Positions 56,756 through 64,000 of a stretch of DNA of 64,000 bases are shown piece after piece. The DNA lies in assembly GCA_964494155.1 (NCBI GenBank), contig CAZBQX010000005.1, positions 7,713 through 71,712 of the forward strand, in the 5' to 3' direction. A program made the translations under genes and the position numbers. This DNA comes from an uncultured Syntrophales bacterium (lineage in GTDB: Bacteria > Desulfobacterota > Syntrophia > Syntrophales > JAAYKM01). Position 1 is the stretch's first letter. Every line of letters begins with the position of its first letter. The notes beneath the pieces were generated by a model. The model saw only the letters and a list, made by a program, of their open reading frames with translations. It had not been told where the DNA came from and did not search any database.

Positions 56756-57832
56756 ATGGCGGAAGAAGATCAGGGCCAGGAACGAACTGAACAAGCTACA
56801 CCCAAAAGGCGGGACGAGGCGCGTGAAAAAGGCCAGGTTGCCGTCAGCCGGGAGGTGGCCTCTGCCATCGTACTGGGCGCATCGCTCATCTATTTCTATT
56901 TCGGAAGCGGTCATCTCATGGAAGGCATTGTCGAGATCATGAAGGCAACCTTCCGGGATGCGGGCCATGTGGCTCTCAGCCAGGAAAATTTCCATGCCCT
57001 CATGCTCACGCTGGTTTATAAGGTCTTTCTCCTGATTTTTCCGCTGCTCCTGGCGGTTTTTATCGCCGGGTTTCTGGCCAATGTGCTGCAGGTCGGTTTT
57101 ATGTTTTCCTGGGAAGCCGTCCAGCCCAAGCTCTCAAAGATTGATCCGTTCAAGGGACTTAAACGACTGTTTTCACTAAGATCTCTTGTTGAACTGGTGA
57201 AAAGCCTGTTCAAAATTTCTGTAGTCGGACTCATTGCCTACCTGGTGATTATCCATGAAATTCCGGCGCTTTTTCCCCTGGCGGACCAGTCGATCTGGGG
57301 GATGCTCGTGTTCATCGGCCGGGTTGCCTTCAAGATCATGATGCTCACCTGCTTTGTCCTGCTGGTCATGGCGCTGTTGGATTACCTCTATCAGCGCTGG
57401 GAGTTCGAGAAGAGCATCCGCATGTCGCGGCAGGAAATCAAGGATGAGTTCAAACATACCGAGGGCGATCCGCTCATAAAATCGAGAATCAAACGGCTCC
57501 AGCGCGATATCGCCCGGAAAAGAATGATGGCGGGCATCCCCAAGGCGGATGTGATCATTACCAACCCCACCCATCTGGCCATTGCCATCCGTTACGATCA
57601 GGAAAACATGAACGCCCCGGTTGTGGTGGCCAAGGGTGCGGGACATGTGGCGGAGAAAATCAAGGAAATTGCAGCAGAACACAAAATTCCCATCGTGGAA
57701 AACAAACCTGTGGCACAGGTATTGTATAAGATTGCCAATATAGGGGACATGATTCCCGCGGATTTGTATCGGGCCGTGGCGGAAATTCTGGCCTATGTGT
57801 ACAGACTGAAAGAAAAGAGTGCAATGGCATAA
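56756..57832 (+). CDS. flhB: Flagellar export switch protein FlhB
   Basis: N-terminus EEDQGQERTEQATPKRRDEAREKGQVA, and the autocleavage site ITNPTHLAIAI. Confidence 0.9.
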   Translation: MAEEDQGQERTEQATPKRRDEAREKGQVAVSREVASAIVLGASLIYFYFGSGHLMEGIVEIMKATFRDAGHVALSQENFHALMLTLVYKVFLLIFPLLLAVFIAGFLANVLQVGFMFSWEAVQPKLSKIDPFKGLKRLFSLRSLVELVKSLFKISVVGLIAYLVIIHEIPALFPLADQSIWGMLVFIGRVAFKIMMLTCFVLLVMALLDYLYQRWEFEKSIRMSRQEIKDEFKHTEGDPLIKSRIKRLQRDIARKRMMAGIPKADVIITNPTHLAIAIRYDQENMNAPVVVAKGAGHVAEKIKEIAAEHKIPIVENKPVAQVLYKIANIGDMIPADLYRAVAEILAYVYRLKEKSAMA

Positions 57833-57833
57833 C

Positions 57834-59912
57834 ATGGCAGCAGCGGAAACAACACAGAATTCATATAGTTGGGATTGGCTGAAGAGCAACAGCGCCATTG
57901 TGGCCCTGGCGGTGATCGGTATCCTGGCCGTCATGATCGTACCCCTGCCCAAGATTATCCTTGATATCCTTCTTTCTCTGAATATCACCATTGCCATGAT
58001 CATCCTGCTCATGGCCATGTATGTCCTCAAACCGCTTGATTTTTCGTCTTTTCCATCTGTCCTGCTGATTGCCACCCTGTTCCGTCTGGCCCTCAATGTC
58101 GCGTCCACGCGGCTGATTCTGCTCCATGGAGGAGAGGGAACTGATGCGGCCGGGCAGGTGATCAAGGCCTTCGGGACCTTCGTCGTCGGCGGTAACTACG
58201 TCGTCGGCCTGATCGTCTTTACGGTTTTGGTCCTGATCAACTTTGTCGTCATTACCAAGGGCTCGACACGCATCGCCGAAGTCGCCGCCCGCTTTACCCT
58301 GGACGCCATGCCGGGCAAGCAGATGAGCATCGACGCCGACCTGAACGCCGGCATGATTACGGATGTCGAAGCCAGGAGGAGACGAGGCGAAGTTGAGAAA
58401 GAGGCAAACTTCTACGGCGCCATGGACGGTGCGAGCAAATTCGTCCGGGGCGATGCCGTGGCCGGGATCATTATCGTGCTGGTGAATGTCATCGGCGGTC
58501 TCATCGTCGGGGTTCTGCAAAACGACATGTCAGTCGTGGACGCCGCGAAAAACTACACCCTGCTGACCGTCGGCGACGGTCTGGTCACACAGGTTCCGGC
58601 TCTGATTGTTTCCACCGCGGCCGGTATGCTGGTAACCCGCAATACGGCCTCGAGCGATCTGGGCGGTGAACTCCAGGCCCAGTTGTTCATGCATCCCCGG
58701 GCCATCGCCACCGCAGCGGGCATGCTCTTTGTCTTCGGCCTGATTCCGGGCATGCCGAAACTGGCCTTCTTTACCATTGCCCTGGTCATGGGCGGCCTGG
58801 CGATGAAACTTTACAAGGCCAAAGCCGTCACGCCGGAAATCGAGGAAGAGGACGTGCCGGCAGCGCCGCCCTCGGATGCGCAGGACCTGTTCGTGCCGAT
58901 CGATCCCCTGGGTTTGGAAGTGGGGTATGGACTGATTTCCCTGGTGGATACGTCCCAGGGCGGTGAACTGCTGCAGCGGATCAAGATGCTAAGGAAACAG
59001 CTAGCCCTGGAAATGGGTTTTGTCATGCCGGCCATTCACATCCGGGATAATCTGCAGTTAAAGCCGAACGAATACTCCTTCCTGATGAAAGGGGTGGAGA
59101 TAGCCCGCGGGGAGTTGATGCCGGGCCATCATCTGGTCATCATGTCCGAAGACAAGGGACCGAAGGTCCGCGGTATCGAAACCAAGGAACCCGCTTTCGG
59201 TCTCCCCGCTGTCTGGATTCCCGAACGGGAAAAGGAATCCATTCAGGCCAAGGGCATGATCGTCGTCGATCCGGCGACGGTTGTGACCACCCACGTCACG
59301 GAACTCGTCAAATCCCATGCGGATGAATTGCTGGGCAGACAGGAAGTACAGACCATGCTCGACCAGCTTGCTCAGACTTACCCCAAGGTGGTGGAAGAAC
59401 TCGTGCCGAAGGTGGTGCCTCTGGGGGTGCTGCAGAAAGTGCTCCAGCGGCTCCTGCGGGAAAGGATTTCCGTCCGTAACCTGATGACGATCATCGAAAT
59501 GCTGGCGGATTATATTTCCATCACCAAGAACGTCGATATTCTGACAGGCTATGTCCGCCAGGCGCTTTCGCGCGTCATCACCAAGCAGTACGAGGACGCC
59601 GAGGGCAATATCAATGTCATGATGGTTTCGCCTGAGATTGAGGACATCATCAATCGTTCGATTCAGCACACGGAATACGAATCCTTTGTTTCCCCCGACC
59701 CGAATGTCGTGCGCCAGATGGTCGGCAATCTGCAGAATTCGGTGAGCACGTTCACGGCCCAGGGGTTGCAGCCGATCGTGCTTTGTTCGCCTGCGGTGAG
59801 GATCCATCTGCGTAATATTCTGGAGCGGTTCTTTCCCAACATGGTGGTGCTTTCCCACAATGAAATATCCCGGGAGGCAAGTATCCGGTCATTAGGAATG
59901 GTGGAGTTGTAA
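57834..59912 (+). CDS. flhA: Flagellar export gate protein FlhA
   Basis: LLIATLFRLALNVASTRLIL...FVVITKGSTRIAEVAARFTLDAMPGKQMSIDADL is canonical FlhA. The ATG at 57834 is preferred to the track's GTG at 57819. Confidence 0.95.
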   Translation: MAAAETTQNSYSWDWLKSNSAIVALAVIGILAVMIVPLPKIILDILLSLNITIAMIILLMAMYVLKPLDFSSFPSVLLIATLFRLALNVASTRLILLHGGEGTDAAGQVIKAFGTFVVGGNYVVGLIVFTVLVLINFVVITKGSTRIAEVAARFTLDAMPGKQMSIDADLNAGMITDVEARRRRGEVEKEANFYGAMDGASKFVRGDAVAGIIIVLVNVIGGLIVGVLQNDMSVVDAAKNYTLLTVGDGLVTQVPALIVSTAAGMLVTRNTASSDLGGELQAQLFMHPRAIATAAGMLFVFGLIPGMPKLAFFTIALVMGGLAMKLYKAKAVTPEIEEEDVPAAPPSDAQDLFVPIDPLGLEVGYGLISLVDTSQGGELLQRIKMLRKQLALEMGFVMPAIHIRDNLQLKPNEYSFLMKGVEIARGELMPGHHLVIMSEDKGPKVRGIETKEPAFGLPAVWIPEREKESIQAKGMIVVDPATVVTTHVTELVKSHADELLGRQEVQTMLDQLAQTYPKVVEELVPKVVPLGVLQKVLQRLLRERISVRNLMTIIEMLADYISITKNVDILTGYVRQALSRVITKQYEDAEGNINVMMVSPEIEDIINRSIQHTEYESFVSPDPNVVRQMVGNLQNSVSTFTAQGLQPIVLCSPAVRIHLRNILERFFPNMVVLSHNEISREASIRSLGMVEL

Positions 59913-59913
59913 G

Positions 59914-61092
59914 ATGCAGATCAAACGTTACGAAGCAAAAAGCACACAGGAAGCCCTGGAAAAAATCAAAAAGGAACTGGGGCCGGATGCGATCATTCTT
60001 TCGAGCAAGCAGCTTTCCGGCGGTAAAAGTCCTCTGGTGGAAGTGGTTGCGGGAAAAGACCCGGGAGAAACCGTACAGCCCCGCCTTTCTCGCGGCAACC
60101 CTTACGGTGGGGTTAAAACACCCCCTCCCATCATTCCCGCTGTGAAAGACGAGAAACCGGAATGGGCGGGGCTGCGTGAGGATATCGACGAACTGAAGGG
60201 GCTATTACGGGAACTGAAAAAACGCGATGAAATATTTGATGAATTCGGAGAAGTCAAGGATCGCCTGAATGTGCTGTTCGATCTTCTGGGGTTAAAAGAC
60301 AAGGGCGAGAAAAATCAGCTTGCCCAGGTCTATTCACGTCTGGTTGCCCAGGGTGTTTCGAAAAAGAGCGCCTGCGTGCTCCTGGAGATGCTCAACCGGG
60401 GGGCAATGGCGGAGCGCATCGGCAAACCGGAAGAGGGATTGATGATGGTGGAGGAGTTAATCCGGACCCGGTTCAGACGGAAACAGACAATGCAAGGGGA
60501 AGGGCGGATCAAGGTTTTTGTGGGTCCGACCGGTGTGGGAAAAACAACGACGATCGCCAAACTGGCCGCCCATTATACCCTGGGCGGAAAGCGCCGGGTG
60601 GGACTGGCCACAACCGATACATACCGCATTGCCGCCCCCGAACAGTTGAGAACCTATGCGCGGATCATGGATATTCCCATGCAGATTGCCGCGGATGAGA
60701 ACGGCCTGCAAAAAGTGATCGAGGGATATGCAGACCGGGATATTATTCTGATCGACACCCCCGGTACGGGGCTGAATGATCTTTCTCATTTGAGCCGAAC
60801 GAAGAGCCTGTTCGATCATCGTGACGGCGTCGATGTAAGTCTGCTGCTCAGCATGTCATCCAGTCAGGAGAATTTGTACGATACACTCGCCCGTTACGAA
60901 GATCTGCGCATCGACCAGGTCATTCTGACAAAAGTGGACGAGTGCCGCCGGTTTGGTTTTCTTTTTGATTTGATGGAAAAAGCACAAAAACCCGTGCCGT
61001 ATGTCACAACGGGGCAAAATGTTCCCAAGGATATTCAGGCGGTGAACTCGGGGGATCTGGCAAAATTGATTGTAGGTGGAACGCTTCATTAA
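59914..61092 (+). CDS. flhF: Flagellar SRP-type GTPase FlhF
   Basis: NG domain with VFVGPTGVGKTTTIAKLA, ILIDTPG and LTKVDE. Begins 1 nt after flhA. Confidence 0.9.
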   Translation: MQIKRYEAKSTQEALEKIKKELGPDAIILSSKQLSGGKSPLVEVVAGKDPGETVQPRLSRGNPYGGVKTPPPIIPAVKDEKPEWAGLREDIDELKGLLRELKKRDEIFDEFGEVKDRLNVLFDLLGLKDKGEKNQLAQVYSRLVAQGVSKKSACVLLEMLNRGAMAERIGKPEEGLMMVEELIRTRFRRKQTMQGEGRIKVFVGPTGVGKTTTIAKLAAHYTLGGKRRVGLATTDTYRIAAPEQLRTYARIMDIPMQIAADENGLQKVIEGYADRDIILIDTPGTGLNDLSHLSRTKSLFDHRDGVDVSLLLSMSSSQENLYDTLARYEDLRIDQVILTKVDECRRFGFLFDLMEKAQKPVPYVTTGQNVPKDIQAVNSGDLAKLIVGGTLH

Positions 61093-61153
61093 AAAGGAAG
61101 CCGGTCGGCCGAATGAAATGTGCCATGACCGGAGAGAATGAGAGGTTGGAACA

Positions 61154-62053
61154 TTGGATCAGGCATCTGCACTCAGAGCAATTAGCAACAAGAGGGCTAT
61201 TCCCCCCGGTGAATTGGTTGCCCCTTTGGAGATGGAAAAACCTGCACGGTATAAACTGAAGAACCGGGTCCGGGTCATTGCCGTAACGAGCGGCAAGGGC
61301 GGCGTTGGGAAAACCAATATTTCCGCGAACCTGGCCTATCTTTTGGCGAAAATGAAAAAGAAAGTCCTGGTGCTGGATGCCGATGTGGGCCTGGCCAACA
61401 TTGATGTCATCCTGGGGCTGACGCCGAAATTCAACCTTTATCATGTGTTAACCGGAGAGAAGACTCTGAAGGACGTGATCGTGCCGGGACCGGGTGGATT
61501 TATGATCCTCCCCTCCGCTTCCGGCATTCAGGAAATGTCCGATCTGTCGAAGGGGCACAAGTTGACCCTGATCGACGAGATCAAGTCCCTGCGGGAAGAA
61601 CTGGATTTCATGCTCATCGATACGGGGGCCGGTATTGCGGGAAACGTTATGTACTTCAATATGGCGGCCCAGGAAATTATCGTGGTGACCTCTCCCGAAC
61701 CGACCGCCATCACCGATGCCTATGCCATGATCAAGGTGCTGAACCAGAGGCACGCCAAAGAACGATTCCGGGTGCTGGTCAATATGGTTAAAAGCGAAGC
61801 GGAGGCCCGGGAAGTTTTCGCCCGTCTGAATCAGGCGACCAGCCATTTCTTGAATGTGACGGTGGAATATCTGGGCCATGTTACCCAGGATGATCATATT
61901 TCGGACGCTGTGCGAAAACAGAAACCTTTCGTGAGCCTCTTTCCCAATTCCCCGGCCAGCAGATGTCTGCAAAGCCTTGCGGAGAAGATCGGTCGGGAAG
62001 AGCCCGAACACGACACGACGGGAACCCTTGGGTTTTTCTGGGATGCGATTTAG
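61154..62053 (+). CDS. flhG: MinD-type ATPase FlhG/FleN (TTG start)
   Basis: N-terminal FlhF-activating DQASALR motif and deviant Walker A SGKGGVGKTN, with MinD/ParA family similarity throughout. Confidence 0.9.
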   Translation: MDQASALRAISNKRAIPPGELVAPLEMEKPARYKLKNRVRVIAVTSGKGGVGKTNISANLAYLLAKMKKKVLVLDADVGLANIDVILGLTPKFNLYHVLTGEKTLKDVIVPGPGGFMILPSASGIQEMSDLSKGHKLTLIDEIKSLREELDFMLIDTGAGIAGNVMYFNMAAQEIIVVTSPEPTAITDAYAMIKVLNQRHAKERFRVLVNMVKSEAEAREVFARLNQATSHFLNVTVEYLGHVTQDDHISDAVRKQKPFVSLFPNSPASRCLQSLAEKIGREEPEHDTTGTLGFFWDAI

Positions 62054-62062
62054 TAAAAGGCC

Positions 62063-62773
62063 GTGACGAAAAAAGAACGCGATCAACTCATCATGAAGTA
62101 TGTGCCCCTCGTCAAAAACGTCGTGGGGAGAATCACGGCCCGGCTGCCCAGTCATGTCGTCGACCGGGAGGATTTGATTCATGTCGGGGTGATCGGGTTG
62201 ATGTCGGCTCTGGAAAAATATGATGTGAACCGGAATGTCCAGTTCGAAACCTACGCCCGTTTTCGCATTCGGGGCGCCGTACTTGACGAAATGCGTTCCC
62301 GGGACTGGGTGCCGCGTTCTACGCGGAGCAAGGACAATAAACTCGAAGCGGCATTTGAAAAGTTGCAGAGAAAATTAGGCCGTTCCCCTGACGAGGAGGA
62401 AGTCGCGGAATTCCTGAAGATGACAATGGAGGAATACTTCCAGCTTCTGGACGAATCCCGTTGTATTTCGATGATCAGCAGCGAGGATCTGCCCGGGGAT
62501 TACCTCGACAGTTTGAGCCGGGATGAAATGCTGGAAACCATTGATCACGGAAATCCTCTGGAGCTGCTGAAAAGCAGTGAACTGAGGGATGGGATGAAAA
62601 AGGCGGTCAATCAATTGCCTGAGAAAGAAAGATTGGTTCTTGCTTTGTACTACTATGAAGAGCTGACCATGAAAGAGATCGGGAAAGTGCTGAACCTCAC
62701 CGAATCACGGGTTTGTCAGCTTCACACCCAGGCGATCCTGCGGCTTCGGGGTGTTACGAGGCATCTGCATTGA
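62063..62773 (+). CDS. fliA: Flagellar sigma factor FliA (sigma-28) (GTG start)
   Basis: Region 2 DLIHVGVIGLMSALEKYD...FETYARFRIRGAVLDEMR, and region 4 LVLALYYYEELTMKEIGKVLNLTESRVCQLHTQAILRLR. Confidence 0.9.
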   Translation: MTKKERDQLIMKYVPLVKNVVGRITARLPSHVVDREDLIHVGVIGLMSALEKYDVNRNVQFETYARFRIRGAVLDEMRSRDWVPRSTRSKDNKLEAAFEKLQRKLGRSPDEEEVAEFLKMTMEEYFQLLDESRCISMISSEDLPGDYLDSLSRDEMLETIDHGNPLELLKSSELRDGMKKAVNQLPEKERLVLALYYYEELTMKEIGKVLNLTESRVCQLHTQAILRLRGVTRHLH

Positions 62774-62807
62774 GAAAAGAGATTTTTCGTCGGAAAGATA
62801 AAAAAAG

Positions 62808-63386
62808 ATGATGAGAAAAGCAGAACTTGATAAAATGGACCTTCCTCTCGAAACGGAGGAGGCCCTCATTCCGGAGGCGCCGGAAGAAGCCCCCGCGGCG
62901 GAGGTGGAGAAGAAAAGTTGGCTTTCCGCGCGCGGCAGGCGTTTCAAACTGGGGCTTTTCGGCGTGATCGGGTGTCTGCTCATTTCCGGTGTGGCCTTTG
63001 GGATTTGGAGTGCCGTCGGGATCTACAAAGAGAAGAAAGCGACTTTGGCCCGGGAAAAAGCTGCTACCGCACAGGCTCTCGCTTCTGCGTCGCCGCGGCT
63101 GGTCTTCAAGGATTTTTTGATTCCCCTGCCGGAGGGAAGCGGTTACCGCATCCTGATGATTAACTTTGTGGCCGAACTGAGTAAAAACAAAAAGCAGGCC
63201 GATCTCAACACCAACGCCGGTATCCGGCGCCAGGTCATGAACGCCATTCAGTTAAGAGGAAATGAACTCTTGTCCGCGGTAAACAACCGGGACCTGTTGA
63301 AGCAGGATTTGAAGGTTCTGATGAACCAGATCCTCGGCGAGGGCGCGGTGACGAATGTGTATCTTGTCGATTATACCTTTATTTAA
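62808..63386 (+). CDS. FliL-like membrane protein (second FliL paralogue)
   Basis: 192 aa with an acidic N-terminus and one TM helix. FKDFLIPLPEGSGYRILMINFVAELS...IRRQVMNAIQ...LLKQDLKVLMNQILGEGAVTNVYLVDYTFI then follows, paralleling the FliL pattern at 52159. Confidence 0.55.
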   Translation: MMRKAELDKMDLPLETEEALIPEAPEEAPAAEVEKKSWLSARGRRFKLGLFGVIGCLLISGVAFGIWSAVGIYKEKKATLAREKAATAQALASASPRLVFKDFLIPLPEGSGYRILMINFVAELSKNKKQADLNTNAGIRRQVMNAIQLRGNELLSAVNNRDLLKQDLKVLMNQILGEGAVTNVYLVDYTFI

Positions 63387-63440
63387 ACGTGATCGGATGA
63401 CCGGATCACCGGTTGTTGGAATATCGTGAGGAGAGGAACC

Positions 63441-64000
63441 ATGGAGAGAGCGGAATATTACAATGCCTTGCGGGAGCAGTTCCTGGCGACGATGTACGAC
63501 GAACTCATGCCCGGAATTCTTCACAATTTCGCCAATCCCCTGAATGGGATCATGGGCCGGGCCAAACTGCTCCAGCGTCGCCTCGACGATCATGTGCGCA
63601 AGATACGGGAGCGTTATCCCGATGTGGCGTTCGGATTGAAGGAAGATTATGAAAAACTCCTGAAGGATGTCGGTTCCATCAATCAGGAATCGGATAAATT
63701 TTCCGATCTTTTCTGGGATGTGGCGAGAAAGTTTCAGGGGATTGCCGAGGACCGGCCGGAGAAGATCAATCTGTCGCAATTGCTGACCGCGGAGATGCGT
63801 TTTACCGACTTTTATCTTTCCTTTAAACACGAGGTCAAAAAGAACCTGACGTTCAAGGAAGATCTTCCTGATGTAACAGGTTCCCTGGCGGATTACTCCC
63901 TGAGTTTTTTTGCCCTGATCCGCCGCGCCATGATGGCCATGAAAAACGGATCGACCCAAGAATTCTTCATTTCCACGGACAACGACGATCAGATGGTTTA
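63441..64000 (+). CDS. Histidine kinase-like protein (N-terminal part; continues beyond the window end)
   Basis: Not in the ORF track because there is no stop in the window. My translation from the ATG at 63441 gives MERAEYYNALREQFLATMYDELMPGILHNFANPLNGIMGRAKLLQRRL..., with an H-box-like HNFANPLNGI, and the frame stays open to 64000. An RBS (GAGGAGAGG) lies upstream. Confidence 0.5.
   Translation, partial: MERAEYYNALREQFLATMYDELMPGILHNFANPLNGIMGRAKLLQRRLDDHVRKIRERYPDVAFGLKEDYEKLLKDVGSINQESDKFSDLFWDVARKFQGIAEDRPEKINLSQLLTAEMRFTDFYLSFKHEVKKNLTFKEDLPDVTGSLADYSLSFFALIRRAMMAMKNGSTQEFFISTDNDDQMV

Noticed and set aside
55918-56790. 290-aa plus-strand ORF in an alternative frame of fliR
   Set aside because: It is extremely R/G/P-rich (frame-shifted reading of a GC-rich membrane-protein gene), whereas the FliR frame gives a canonical polytopic protein.
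57176-58165. 329-aa minus-strand ORF spanning the flhB/flhA junction, together with the 219-aa ORF at 57861-58520
   Set aside because: Both are antisense to canonical FlhB and FlhA. Their composition is low-complexity and His/Arg/Asp-rich.
59058-63959. Minus-strand ORFs 59058-59858, 61448-62182 and 63252-63959
   Set aside because: They are antisense to flhA, flhG/fliA and the FliL-like/terminal kinase genes. None has an independent RBS or a recognisable domain.

Overview
This 64-kb chromosomal window is about 95% coding and is dominated by motility and second-messenger signalling. Gene content and order suggest a Desulfobacterota/deltaproteobacterium-like organism, but that is inference only. 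From 1 to 9 kb, all on the minus strand: a partial secreted HExxH peptidase, a MoxR AAA+/VWA pair, pncB-pncA NAD salvage, an orphan 344-aa protein, two ABC-2 permeases with no ATPase gene, and a 37-aa ribosomal protein bTHX gene that is missing from the ORF track. From 9 to 25 kb: an HD-GYP protein, an HTH-MCP-HDOD-hybrid kinase group, a convergent NtrC-type activator, cheW, a second small HTH gene, then cheR-cheD-HDOD-cheY-cheX-like-cheD-cheB-cheA-cheY-cheX. From 25 to 33.5 kb: a pilZ-motA-motB operon, a divergent 968-aa SPOR+TPR protein, and a FlrB/FlrC-like kinase/sigma-54 activator pair. From 33.5 to 63.4 kb: a flagellar basal-body and export cluster in the Bacillus/Thermotoga gene order (flgBC-fliEFGHIJ-ylxF-like-fliK-flgDE-fliLMNOPQR-flhBAFG-fliA). 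That cluster is interrupted twice, by an antisense three-gene c-di-GMP/cAMP island and by a second stator locus (motA plus two motB-like genes). By eye I found six sigma-54-type promoters directly upstream of operon starts and one good sigma-28 promoter upstream of cheW. The observations I rank highest are: a tandem MshEN-like (c-di-GMP-binding type) motif where CheA would carry its P2 domain; the signalling island splitting the flagellar operon; a MotB paralogue lacking the channel Asp; the SPOR/TPR protein as a candidate stator scaffold; and the orphan 344-aa protein. I recognised no rRNA, tRNA, CRISPR array, transposase or integrase. Every domain call comes from motif recognition in the translations, since no database search was possible.
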